From assembly GCA_040220235.1 (NCBI GenBank), contig JAVJTO010000095.1: a stretch of 64,000 nt of DNA. The stretch is one strand, 5' to 3'. Source of the DNA: Coleofasciculus sp. B1-GNL1-01. Lineage in GTDB: Bacteria > Cyanobacteriota > Cyanobacteriia > Cyanobacteriales > Coleofasciculaceae. Each line of letters opens with the position of its first letter. The first letter of the stretch is position 1. The position numbers and the translations under genes were made by a program. Of the stretch, positions 23,720-34,041 are shown piece by piece. The notes under the pieces are model-generated. The model saw only the letters and a list, made by a program, of their open reading frames with translations. It ran no database searches and was not told where the DNA came from.

Positions 23720-23904
23720 GGGTCTTCCGGACTTAGTGTGCTAAACTATCAGATTTAATAAACCAGGAAGCTTGCCACACAAGGGCCGTAGCTTTTGATC
23801 GCCTCAAAATAAATTGAAATTCGGGTAAAAACGGTTAAAGCTATTGCTGTCCAATACTTGGGCAAATCCAACTAACAATTTAGCACACTAACTACGGAAG
23901 ACCC
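23720..23904. mobile_element. 185-bp MITE with 26-bp terminal IRs (possibly ISL3-derived)
   Basis: GGGTCTTCCGGACTTAGTGTGCTAAA (23720-23745) and TTTAGCACACTAACTACGGAAGACCC (23879-23904), 24/26 match; no internal ORF. Confidence 0.8.
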
Positions 23905-24434
23905 GCTTTTTTTGCATCGGTTTCTTGTCCCAGGGCTTGATTCACCTGTTCAATCGCAATACTACTGGTGAATACGGAATCTACAACTAAGAGGGGAAAA
24001 ACCAGAATTTTATTAAATCCTTTGTCTTTAATCTCAGCCAAAACGTCTTCGACAAAGGGTTCACAAAAGTAGAAGCCCGTGAAGACTTGCACTCCCTCAC
24101 CCCACTGTTCCTGTAAATGCTGTTCAATTCCACGCCGTTGGTTTTCAAAGATATCATTTTGGGGAGAGGTAAAATGCTCATGTTTATATCCCCATTTGAA
24201 TAAATCCCGTAAGGTTAAAATCCGCGCTACGGGAGAGTAAAGCCAAGAGGGAATCGGGGCAAACTTGGCGGCAATATACTCGCTAGTGCGTTTATTGTAT
24301 TGGGTGAATTGGTCATAGGTTTGCACGCCACCATAGCTGGTTAATAATACCGCTATCTGCTCAGGATGGTTTACCGACATTTGATTGGGATGCTGGGATG
24401 GGTTGGCAGCGTTCTGAATTGTCGTGCTTGTCAT
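23892..24434 (-). pseudogene. Ferrochelatase-family protein, 3'-truncated
   Basis: IAVLLTSYG, AKFAPIP and ILVFPLLVVDSVFTS motifs; only 180 aa; last codons GLP* come from the MITE IR. Confidence 0.75.
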
Positions 24435-24652
24435 AAGTTTTTTATAAATATCACCATTGATTAAAATAAAATTGAGTATTTATAAATGATCAAAACTATC
24501 AAAATTGATCATCGCTCTCTTGGCAGATATTTCGATGGGATTAATTTTGACAGATAAGCATTAGGATAGGGACACGACATGTCGTGTCCCTACAGATGGT
24601 GGTTCAAGTTGATATGACAGAGAACCGCCCTTAGACAAGGATGCGCTGTTGG

Positions 24653-27600
24653 CTACGGCTGAGAGCCAATTCCGTCACAAAGACTGCGATCGCGTTTGTC
24701 CAAACTAGGGTTATTCTGGAGATAATCCCGTAGGCGATCGCAGCTACGTTCGATGAGCTGATTTGCCGACAAAAGAGTCACATCCCACAGAATCAGGCTC
24801 TTATCATTAATTGCCGAGGCAATGAGTTCATTCTCAGATTTGAATCTCACCTGCCAATCCAAATCCCTTGGTCCCGACAGAGTATGGAGTAACTCACCGT
24901 CTCGATTCCAGAGTCTGACGGTCTTATCTTTACTCATTGTGGCAATTTTCTCACCCTTTGGACTAAACACGACTCCGTTAACCTCATCGGTATGACCTTC
25001 TAAGGTTTCTAGCAACTCGCCGTTTCGATTCCAGAGTCTGGCGATTTTGTCTGCACCCACTGTGGCAATAACTTGACTATCTGGGCTAAATGCTACTCCA
25101 AACACTTCCTTATCATTAGGTTTTTGGTTATCATCAATCAGAGTATTTATCTCTTTGCCGTCTTTAGCATTCCACAGTTTGACCGTTCCATCCCAACTTG
25201 CCGTAGCAATCATCTGACCGTCTGGGCTGAACGCAATTCCCCGAACTTGCTCCTCATGTCCTTCCAAGGTTTTTTCTGGGGTGTCATCGAGTGTCCAGAG
25301 TTTGACCGTCTTGTCCTTATTCGCCGTGGCGAGGATTTGGTTATCGGGGCTAAAAGCTAGGCTGTTAATCTCCTCAGCCTGACCGAATAGAGTTGCGACA
25401 AGAGTGCCGTCAGCCTGCCAAATTTTTACAGTATTGTCCCGACTCGCCGTAGCAATAAGTGTACCGTCTGGGCTGAAAACAACGTTGTAGACGCCAGACT
25501 GATGCCCTTCTAGGGTTTTGATTAAAGTACCATCAGTCTTCCAGAGATTGACGGTGCTGTCTTCACTCGCTGTAGCAATCTTCTGACCCTTTAGATTGAA
25601 GTCTATACTATGGATCTCCTGAGCATGCTTTTTAAGGATTCTTTTGTTCAAGCTTTGATCTCGCTTCCAGAGTTTGACTGTGTTGTCTTGACTTGCTGTT
25701 GCGAGCATCTCACCATCAGGGCTAAACTCTATGCCAAAAACACCGTCGGTATGCCCTTCCAGGGTTTCGAGTAAAGTGCCATCTGTTGTCCTCCAGACTT
25801 TAATCGTCTTATCCCAACTTGTCGTCGCAATTCTCTTGCCATCGGGACTGAAATCAACTCGGATCACCCGATCCGTATGACCGTTGAGCGTATGGCGTAA
25901 CGTACCATTAATTTCCCAAAGTTTAGCTGTATTATCTCGACTCACAGAGGCAATCATCTGACCATCAGGGCTAAATGCCACTCCGAAAACGCGATTACTA
26001 TGGCTCTTGTCTCCTTCTAAGGTTTCGTCTTTTAGGGTACGAAATGATTTGTCATCCGTAGTTTTCCAGAGTTTGACTGTCCCATCCCAACTCGCTGAAG
26101 CAATTATCTGACTATCGGGGCTGAACGCTATTGTGTCAATCACATCTTCGTGTCCTTTCAGGGTGTTTAGCAATTTGCCATCCCTAGTTCTCCAGAGTTT
26201 TATGGTTTTATCCCCACTTGCCGTAGCAATGAGCTTGCCATCCGGGCTAAAAGCTACACCAAAAACTCTATCCTTATGCCCTTCTAAGGTACGTACTGGT
26301 ATTATACCTATCTTGTTATCTAGCTTTTTTTCTAGCTTCCACAGTTTTACCGTCTGGTCGAAACTTGCTGTGGCAATCATTTTACCATCAGGGCTGAAAT
26401 CTAAGCTATTAACTTTATCCTCATGCCCTTTTAGGGTATGAATCAACTTACCATCAGGCTGCCAAAGTTTGACCGTATAGTCAAAACTTGCTGTGGCAAT
26501 GGTCTGTTCATCTGGGCTGAAAGCCATTTGGATGACCGCATCCTTGTGACCTTCGTCACCTTCAAGGCTGTTATACTCTTGATACTCTTTAAATCCGGAA
26601 ACGCCTCGCTGTAGCATCCGTTCTACTTTAGGCTTTATTTCAGCTTTGAAATCACCTATTTTTTGCAGTTCCTTCCAGGCAACTACTGTTTTTTTAAGTG
26701 CATCTAATTCTTGATTCTCTGCAAAAAGTCTTTCAGATTCAGCAATAGTTTTTGTTATGACTTGCATATTCCGATTTTGGATTAGCCATCCTACCATTGG
26801 CGTAGCGAAAACTATAAACATAAAGCCAGCCACTGTTACGGTTTGGAAAATTCGCAGTTGTCGCCGCAAAAGCTGATCAAGCTGCACTTGACTCTGCTGG
26901 AGCCTTTCTAAAGTGTCATCTCCAATTTTTTGGCGAATAAAAGTCACCAAATAATCATGAACTAACTGATAATGATTATCAGGAATACTTTGCCAAAGAA
27001 AGACTAAACCTGATTCTTGGAGAATTTGTAATACAACTTTAAGTGTTTTATCTAATCTCAAATCATTGCTTTTTGATTTTGTCGTCAAATCAAGAGTAAA
27101 TATATACCTCCAGAAATTATTCCTGAATCCTTCTAATAATTTAGATTTTCGGGAAATTTCCAGAAGTTCCAGGATCTCTTTTTTCAAATCATTATGGGTT
27201 TTCAACGGACGAGTTTTATTTTCATCCGTCAATAAAAACAAAACTAACCAGGCAATTTCTTCATTCTCTCTGCCACAGTCTTGAACAACAGATTCCAAAT
27301 AGCGTTGGACTAATTGTTGTTTAGCTTGAAAACCAAGCTGCTTATACTGTGCCAAGGTAGTAATTCCTTCGGCTTGCAATTGTGCGCCAACAATCTGTAA
27401 CTCAATGGGACGGACTTCTCCCTGATTTTTGGATAGTTCTCGTACTATTTCATCGATCAAAGCTGACTCCAAAGAAAATGCCGAGTTCTCAGTTAAACTG
27501 TGGATTACATTTTTGGCATCTTCTGGTGATAAATTTCCTAATGTATAGAGACAGGTTTTACCGAGAACATCCTTGTTTACAATTGCCATTGCCTTGAGAC

Positions 27601-29584
27601 GATTGCAAGGCAGCAAATAATGGATAAAATCTTCTCGTATTGACAGAATAACTTTAACAAAACTCATCCTTAAGCATTCAGCGATAAACTCAAAGAAGAT
27701 TTGCCGTTGCTTCCATTCTGTGCTAGCAAAGAAAAACTCTTCAAACTGGTCAAAAATTAAAACCGTAAATAAATTATCCTCTTCATTACGTTGTAACGCC
27801 TCAAGCAAAGACACAGTGGAATCCGGTGGATTCGGTAAGCTTATTCCTCGTTGATCAAGTGCCTTGGCTAAGGATTGACCTAACTCCCGACACCAGTCGG
27901 TGTAAACTCGTAGGAGAACGGGTAAACTATCGCGAATACCGATACTGCGACGCTTGAGTTCAGGGATTAAACCCGCATTCACCAGAGAACTTTTACCGAC
28001 ACCGGAAGGTCCACAAATCACCGTCAGTTGGTGCTGATTGTTACCCATGCGGGCAATCAAATGCCGCACATCCCGTTCTCTTCCTGAAGCAATAATCTCT
28101 GGGGCAATTGTTTTTTGCAATCTGGTAACTTCAGATTTCGGCTGTCGCTGGGGTTGTAAATTCCCAGCACCAATAAATGCCCGAAAACCAAACTGTTGCT
28201 CGATTGAGCGTTGATATTGTTTAACCTCAAAAGCCTGGAGATAATCCTGTTGCTCAAAATACAGCGATCGCAATTCCTCAAGAATCTGAATGTAAAGCTG
28301 CGGATTGTCCTCTGGATCACCATTTTTTGCCGCTTCTAGTGTCTCAAACGCCTCCTGAATCTGCCCTACTTGTCGTAAGCTTTGTGCTAATACCAGCAGA
28401 TGTAACCCCCGATATTGCTGTTGTTCACTGGGAAGACGATTGACAATTTCCAGGGCTTTTTCCGCCAGTTCTTTCGCCTCAGTCGGGTTGGGCGGCTTCT
28501 GGTTGAGTGCGACTTCTGCCAAAAAGCTGTAATCTTGAGCCAATTCTACACTCATCCCATACCTTTCGTGCAGTGGTTTGAATTGATTTGCCAGCTTCTG
28601 TAATTCGTGCCAATCCTTAAGTTGTCGCAGTACTTTGCCCAATTCGTTGCTAAACTTAGCCACTAAATCCTGCCGCTGTGCCTGTTTAAACCGTTCCAGA
28701 CATTGTTGTAAATAAGGCAGAGATTCTTCACAGAAAAAGCAGTTGTCTGAGCGACACAGTTTTCCGGTGCGGGAATAACACAAGCCAATATGGAACAGTA
28801 GCACTCCTTGTCGTTCTAATAAGCAGGGGGTAGGATTATCCTGAGTTGTGGACTCCCAAAAGTCTAGACTGTTTTGGTAATAGGTTAATGCTTGTTCCAG
28901 TTGACCGACGACAAACGCATCTCGCCCCTGAACAAATTGCCAGCAGGCTTCGAGTTCTGGTGTCAATGGCAGATTATAGCGCTTCAAATCGGCGATCGCA
29001 CATTTAATTTCTGAGAGATAGCGCCAGCCAAAGATAGCTTCATTGGAGAGGAAGCGATTCGCCCCTGCATTTAAAACCGCTTTAAAGAGTTGCCTCACCC
29101 GCTTGTGGAGAATGTCTTGCAACTCTTGCGGCGTAATCATCAATTCAGTCAGGGTTCCCCAATTTTTTAAATCAGGGGCAATCCGTGTCAGTTGCTGGGA
29201 AATGGAATCATTAATCCATATCAATACTGGGAAGGGGCAATGCTGGCGAAACTCCTCTCGCACCGAATTCATTGAACTCAGCAATTGCTTAATCTCCCGC
29301 ACTGACTCTATGCCTAAAACCATTAAAGCTGAAGGCTGTTCATGTCCTAATTGCTCACGAATTGTAGCGTAGATCCTGGTTACTGATGGTTCGAGGACAA
29401 TTGTTCGCATCTCTGGGTAACGTTGGCGTAATCGCCGCACCATCTGCTGCTGTAAGAGTGCGTAGTTACAGTGAACCCAAATTAGGGAAAATTCCCCTTC
29501 AGACATGGAAATTGCCCAAGCCAAATCTTCTAACGACTGTTCGCTAGGGGAAAGATTTTTCCGAGAGGAGTAAGATTCCATCAT
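24653..29584 (-). CDS. TPR-like + STAND (nSTAND1-type) NTPase + TM + WD40 repeat protein
   Basis: Walker A GPSGVGKS, Walker B LIFDQFEE, YQLVHDYL motif, TM helix, about 14 GH...FSPDG...WD repeats. Confidence 0.9.
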   Translation of the reverse strand: MMESYSSRKNLSPSEQSLEDLAWAISMSEGEFSLIWVHCNYALLQQQMVRRLRQRYPEMRTIVLEPSVTRIYATIREQLGHEQPSALMVLGIESVREIKQLLSSMNSVREEFRQHCPFPVLIWINDSISQQLTRIAPDLKNWGTLTELMITPQELQDILHKRVRQLFKAVLNAGANRFLSNEAIFGWRYLSEIKCAIADLKRYNLPLTPELEACWQFVQGRDAFVVGQLEQALTYYQNSLDFWESTTQDNPTPCLLERQGVLLFHIGLCYSRTGKLCRSDNCFFCEESLPYLQQCLERFKQAQRQDLVAKFSNELGKVLRQLKDWHELQKLANQFKPLHERYGMSVELAQDYSFLAEVALNQKPPNPTEAKELAEKALEIVNRLPSEQQQYRGLHLLVLAQSLRQVGQIQEAFETLEAAKNGDPEDNPQLYIQILEELRSLYFEQQDYLQAFEVKQYQRSIEQQFGFRAFIGAGNLQPQRQPKSEVTRLQKTIAPEIIASGRERDVRHLIARMGNNQHQLTVICGPSGVGKSSLVNAGLIPELKRRSIGIRDSLPVLLRVYTDWCRELGQSLAKALDQRGISLPNPPDSTVSLLEALQRNEEDNLFTVLIFDQFEEFFFASTEWKQRQIFFEFIAECLRMSFVKVILSIREDFIHYLLPCNRLKAMAIVNKDVLGKTCLYTLGNLSPEDAKNVIHSLTENSAFSLESALIDEIVRELSKNQGEVRPIELQIVGAQLQAEGITTLAQYKQLGFQAKQQLVQRYLESVVQDCGRENEEIAWLVLFLLTDENKTRPLKTHNDLKKEILELLEISRKSKLLEGFRNNFWRYIFTLDLTTKSKSNDLRLDKTLKVVLQILQESGLVFLWQSIPDNHYQLVHDYLVTFIRQKIGDDTLERLQQSQVQLDQLLRRQLRIFQTVTVAGFMFIVFATPMVGWLIQNRNMQVITKTIAESERLFAENQELDALKKTVVAWKELQKIGDFKAEIKPKVERMLQRGVSGFKEYQEYNSLEGDEGHKDAVIQMAFSPDEQTIATASFDYTVKLWQPDGKLIHTLKGHEDKVNSLDFSPDGKMIATASFDQTVKLWKLEKKLDNKIGIIPVRTLEGHKDRVFGVAFSPDGKLIATASGDKTIKLWRTRDGKLLNTLKGHEDVIDTIAFSPDSQIIASASWDGTVKLWKTTDDKSFRTLKDETLEGDKSHSNRVFGVAFSPDGQMIASVSRDNTAKLWEINGTLRHTLNGHTDRVIRVDFSPDGKRIATTSWDKTIKVWRTTDGTLLETLEGHTDGVFGIEFSPDGEMLATASQDNTVKLWKRDQSLNKRILKKHAQEIHSIDFNLKGQKIATASEDSTVNLWKTDGTLIKTLEGHQSGVYNVVFSPDGTLIATASRDNTVKIWQADGTLVATLFGQAEEINSLAFSPDNQILATANKDKTVKLWTLDDTPEKTLEGHEEQVRGIAFSPDGQMIATASWDGTVKLWNAKDGKEINTLIDDNQKPNDKEVFGVAFSPDSQVIATVGADKIARLWNRNGELLETLEGHTDEVNGVVFSPKGEKIATMSKDKTVRLWNRDGELLHTLSGPRDLDWQVRFKSENELIASAINDKSLILWDVTLLSANQLIERSCDRLRDYLQNNPSLDKRDRSLCDGIGSQP

Positions 29585-30999
29585 GACTTTAATTCCTTTG
29601 CCTCTGCCAAAATTGGATTAATATCAAACCAATACCCATCGTCATCCCGATACTCATAGACAAACAGGCTGCGGATTAGAGTTTTATAGTCTTGAGCGCC
29701 CGCCACCTTTTTGTGTTGGGCAACTTGTCGCAGTAATTGCCATTCGGTATCACTAACAGCTAAAACCGCATCATTGCGATGTTCTCGAATTACATCTTCT
29801 AGACAGTCGCGACAAATGGGTAATCCTTTTTGTTTTTTAATCGAGTCATTTAATAGCCGCAGTAAATTCCGCACATGACCGCCACTAATTTGACACAAAC
29901 GATCTAATGTTGCAGGATGATCAAAAACCTCGGTTATCCGATGGAGACGATCTGGCTCATTCAAATCAGGAAATGCTCTTGCCAGCACCATTTGTCGCAG
30001 TCGCTTCATTCCTTCAGCACATTCTGTTCCATCCCGCGATCGCACGGGGATCATCGGTAACACTTGGGGATTGACCAAAAATCGCTCCACTAAAGTACCA
30101 AAGTCCTTGGAGAACCGTAACGCCAAGGGCATGGTATAAATAACATGACAATTCAGTTGACGTAACTGTTGACCTCGGTCTACAAATAAATATTCTTGTT
30201 GCGGTCGTCCGAAGGGTTTGGGAGTATTACTGATGCGGTCAAGATTATCGACGATTACCACCAGTCCCTTTTTACCCTGGACTCTCAGTTGTTCCTGTCC
30301 CGGTTCTAATAATTCAGAGTTAATTGCCTCTAAAATTCCCTTAGTTTGCGGTTCCAGATAACTTCTTAACTTATTCCGTAACTCAGGAGACGCCTTCGCC
30401 TTGGCTGAAATCTTACCAATTAAGGGGGCAATTAGGGAAAGTCCTTCCTCAGAGGATAGGCTGACTTTGCCAATTCCAGGAATACCAACATCAACAGAGA
30501 ACTCTTCCTCGATTTTCCCTGTAATCTTACCCATTCCCAGGACTGAGGCTTCGGCAGATAATTCAATCTCCGTTTGCAACAGTTTACTGACTTGCTTTAG
30601 CCTGGTCTTGAGACTGGTTGATTCTTCAAGTTTCAGGGTATCGAGACTATTACTCACCTGACGGGCGATGGCTAGCAAAATATCGCTAATATCGACATCT
30701 TCAAACTCTAGGTCTTGATCGGACACAAAGTAAACTACATGAAACCCACGATATTCTAACTCCGCCTTCAGGCGTAACAATTCCGTAGACTTGCCACAAC
30801 CAATATGTCCAGTGAATAGCTGACAGGTTGGTGTATCCGGTGACCATAAGGTGATATTTTCACGTAACTCTTCGATCACCTGACCACCACGCACCACAGA
30901 AAAATCAATGTAATACTTATAGTCTGTTTCTGCGTTGTTCAAAAACAGCGTTTTGCCGGGATTCGTGGCTTGAAAAAAACTCCGTAAATCCAGCTTCAT
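29581..30999 (-). CDS. P-loop ATPase (AAA/STAND-like), translationally coupled to the WD40 gene
   Basis: GHIGCGKS, VVIVDNLD, SGGHVRNL and WFDINP motifs; ATGA overlap at 29581-29584. Confidence 0.88.
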   Translation of the reverse strand: MKLDLRSFFQATNPGKTLFLNNAETDYKYYIDFSVVRGGQVIEELRENITLWSPDTPTCQLFTGHIGCGKSTELLRLKAELEYRGFHVVYFVSDQDLEFEDVDISDILLAIARQVSNSLDTLKLEESTSLKTRLKQVSKLLQTEIELSAEASVLGMGKITGKIEEEFSVDVGIPGIGKVSLSSEEGLSLIAPLIGKISAKAKASPELRNKLRSYLEPQTKGILEAINSELLEPGQEQLRVQGKKGLVVIVDNLDRISNTPKPFGRPQQEYLFVDRGQQLRQLNCHVIYTMPLALRFSKDFGTLVERFLVNPQVLPMIPVRSRDGTECAEGMKRLRQMVLARAFPDLNEPDRLHRITEVFDHPATLDRLCQISGGHVRNLLRLLNDSIKKQKGLPICRDCLEDVIREHRNDAVLAVSDTEWQLLRQVAQHKKVAGAQDYKTLIRSLFVYEYRDDDGYWFDINPILAEAKELKS

Positions 31000-31459
31000 A
31001 GCAATCTTAATTCAATTGTATGGAGGCATGTCAGTGTAGTTGTAATACACTGAAATACCACTTTGGAATTTAGCACGGCTTAGGTAGGATGTGCAAACAT
31101 TTTTATGAAACTATAATTTTCCTTAAAAAATATTGGGCTTGTTGTTATCGTTAGTGTGGTGACAAGAAGCTTACAACAGCGTAAGGTAAATCATTTCGTC
31201 CTTTATCTGAGGACAGGACGGATGAGGGAAAAATGAGTTTCTAATTCATCTTTCTTAAAACAAATATAGCCCTTGCCCGACTTGGCGAGTTTGCGTTTGG
31301 TCTGATCTACATCGGCTTTAACTCGTTCATACCTTGTCAGTAAGTAAGCCCAAACACCTGATCCAGTCGTCTAAAGACGACTTAAGCTTTTAGCCAGTGG
31401 TTTAAACCACTGGCTGGTTAACTGCCTTTTGCCTTATCTGTCCCGACAACCGGCTAAAA

Positions 31460-32800
31460 TTACACGCCCATGGGGAAGGTTTCGGGTGCTTCACCTCGAT
31501 CCCATTGAGGAGTGCGTTCTAAGGGTTCAACAGCGCGAGTCTCGTCAAAATGGATAATCGCATCAAACTGTTCCGGTAATCGCGCCTGGAAATAATGGCT
31601 GACGCGCTCGGTTTGGGGCAGATAAATCACACCGATCGCACGTTCTAAACGCGGCTTGTGTAAGCCTTGCACGGCGGGGTTTTGCTCCTGTAAGTTTAGC
31701 CAAAAGTTCGGCTGTCCCGTCTGATGAAACAAGGCTTCATAACTTTCCGGTAATGCCCGACGCACTTGCTTGCGTTCTGCTGATGCACCCCAGTTGGATG
31801 CAGCGGTAACGGTTCCGGTGTAGGTACTAAAGCCAATCAGGAAGGCATCATCCTGGTATTGCTGACGCACCAGTTGACCGACATTCAGTTCCCCCGCCGC
31901 GCCCATATCAGTGGCTCTAGCGTCGCCGAGGTGGGAGTTATGTTCCCAAACCACAACCTTCGTGGGTTGACCCTGTTGCTCAAAGTGAGTCACTAATTGG
32001 TTGAGGGTTTCCGCCATGTGGCGATCGCGTAAATTCCAGGAGGAAATTCGACCCCGAAACATGGAACGATAGTATTCTTCGGCATTCTTAATCAGTCTGG
32101 CATTCTGTTCGGCATAGAAGAACTCATCTTCAGGAATCCGCCCATCTCGTTGGGCATAATCCGCCGCACGGCGTCGTAAATCCACCAGTTGATCGACTAC
32201 CTCATCTTCACAGGGTTGATTCATGCCAATGCTGGTGGCGTATCCATAGGTTTGGGTATCTTCGCCAAAGTGATCGAAACAGGAGTAACGGTAACGCGCA
32301 TGGGCGGCGGCTTCTGGATCAATGGTCTCCAGATACTTGAGAACGGCTTCGATTGAGGTATAGAGGCTGTAGAGATCTAACCCATAAAACCCGGCTTTCG
32401 TGGCATCCTGCGGTAAGGCGTCATTGTACTCTCGCAGCCAACCGACAAAATTTAATACATCGGCGTTGCGCCACATCCAAGTGGGGAAGCGTTGGAAATC
32501 TGCCAAGGCGTGGATACTGTCCGGATCATCACTAACACCTCGAACGTAGCGATTAATCCGATAAGCATCGGGCCAATCGGCTTCAACGGCGACGGCGGTG
32601 AATCCTTTTTCTTGAATGAGCCGTTTGGTGATTTCTGCCCGTTGTTGATAGAATTCGTGGGTGCCGTGGGAGGCTTCGCCGATGAGGACAAAACGAGCAT
32701 CTCCGATTTGATCGAGTAGGGCATCATAGTCGGATGATGTCCCGGAAATAGGATGTGCGGCTTGACGTACAGCATCGGTAAGTTTAGTTTTTGTAGGCAT
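31460..32800 (-). CDS. Erythromycin esterase (EreA/ChaN-like) family protein
   Basis: IGEASHGTHEFY, VEADWPD, WNLRD and WEHNSHLGDARAT motifs; probable start MPTKTK at 32800. Confidence 0.9.
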   Translation of the reverse strand: MPTKTKLTDAVRQAAHPISGTSSDYDALLDQIGDARFVLIGEASHGTHEFYQQRAEITKRLIQEKGFTAVAVEADWPDAYRINRYVRGVSDDPDSIHALADFQRFPTWMWRNADVLNFVGWLREYNDALPQDATKAGFYGLDLYSLYTSIEAVLKYLETIDPEAAAHARYRYSCFDHFGEDTQTYGYATSIGMNQPCEDEVVDQLVDLRRRAADYAQRDGRIPEDEFFYAEQNARLIKNAEEYYRSMFRGRISSWNLRDRHMAETLNQLVTHFEQQGQPTKVVVWEHNSHLGDARATDMGAAGELNVGQLVRQQYQDDAFLIGFSTYTGTVTAASNWGASAERKQVRRALPESYEALFHQTGQPNFWLNLQEQNPAVQGLHKPRLERAIGVIYLPQTERVSHYFQARLPEQFDAIIHFDETRAVEPLERTPQWDRGEAPETFPMGV

Positions 32801-32899
32801 GATAATTTTATAATCTATAACGTCTGAGCAATTGATCGGATTTTGTGGATCACGTATTTGTAGGTTGGGTTGAGGTACGAAACCCAACGATTGTGAGGC

Positions 32900-33139
32900 A
32901 GGGCGGGTTTTGTTGTTCCGTTATTGGTGAGACAGGGCGGGTTTTGTTGTTCCCTTATTGGTGAGACAGGGCGGGTTTTGTTGTTCCCTTATTGGTGGGT
33001 AAGGGCGGGTTTTGTTGTTCCCTTATTGGTGGGTAAGGGCGGGTTTTGTTGTTCCCTTATTGGTAGAATATCTAATTTAGTCCCTAAACCCGCCCCTACA
33101 ATGTCCCTAAACCCGCCCCTACAATTGTCCCTAAACCCT
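32900..33139. repeat. Five 34-bp tandem repeats plus about 2.5 copies of a 23-bp repeat (amplified REP arms)
   Basis: AGGGCGGGTTTTGTTGTTCCCTTATTGGTG(AGAC/GGTA) at 32900, 32934, 32968, 33002 and 33036, followed by GTCCCTAAACCCGCCCCTACAAT repeats. Confidence 0.9.
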
Positions 33140-33203
33140 TACATAATGACGAATGACGAATGACGAATGACGAATGACGATCCCTTTAATTGTCCCCACC
33201 TAC

Positions 33204-33860
33204 TTATGCTCTAGCTGGTTGTTGACTGGCTGCACGCTGCATCAAGTCACGTACTTCTTGGTCGGTGGTTTGGTCAAATTTGTCGTACCACAAACCGACG
33301 GCGTAGAACGGTTGGGGCGTTTCACTACAGATGATTTTGTCTACCTTGATTTTAAACTCCTGGCAGGTTTCGGGGGCGGCAACGGGGACAGCGGCAACGA
33401 TTTCCTTGGGGTCATGCTGTCGCAAGGCAACGGCAGCGGCGTGCATTGATGCCCCTGTCGCTAAACCGTCATCTACTAAAAGTACGGTGCGATCGCGCAA
33501 TTCCAGAGGCGGAAGATCCCCTCGGTAAGCTTTTTCCCGCCGTTCTAATTCTTGTTGCTCTTTGGCTGCTACTTTGTCGATCGCTTGCTTGGATACATCC
33601 AGCGATCGCACCACGTCTTTGTTTAATATGCGCGTATCACCACTGGCGATCGCACCCATGGCTAATTCTTCGTGACCCGGTGCGCCTAATTTGCGAACCA
33701 GCCACACATCTAGAGGCGCATTGAGTCCTCTCGCTACTTCATACGCCACTGGTACACCTCCACGGGGTAATCCCAAGACAATCACATCGGGGCGGTTGGC
33801 ATACTCTTTCAGGTCGCTGGTGAGTCTTTGACCTGCTTCTTTTCTAGTTTTGAAAATCAT
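33204..33860 (-). CDS. Phosphoribosyltransferase family protein
   Basis: LGLPRGGVPVA and PRPP-binding VLLVDDGLATGASM motifs. Confidence 0.92.
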   Translation of the reverse strand: MIFKTRKEAGQRLTSDLKEYANRPDVIVLGLPRGGVPVAYEVARGLNAPLDVWLVRKLGAPGHEELAMGAIASGDTRILNKDVVRSLDVSKQAIDKVAAKEQQELERREKAYRGDLPPLELRDRTVLLVDDGLATGASMHAAAVALRQHDPKEIVAAVPVAAPETCQEFKIKVDKIICSETPQPFYAVGLWYDKFDQTTDQEVRDLMQRAASQQPARA

Positions 33861-34041
33861 AATTATCCTAAGTTGTCAACAAAGTTTAGATCCCTAATTT
33901 CAGTCAGGGAATATAAGTGGATTAAGTCAGGTGAGGACGGTAATAGACGGTTTAACTATAGGTTTAAGCTTCTATTAGATTAGATCGCTAGGTGCCAGAA
34001 ATTCGTCAACCTACAGATAGATACCTGAACCACTCAAAACC

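Noticed and set aside
31460..32800. Macrolide resistance gene
   Set aside because: Family membership only; many chromosomal homologues have no demonstrated macrolide activity.
32900..33139. Possible CRISPR array (34-bp periodic repeat)
   Set aside because: Units are head-to-tail with no unique spacers, match a REP arm seen elsewhere, and no cas genes are present.
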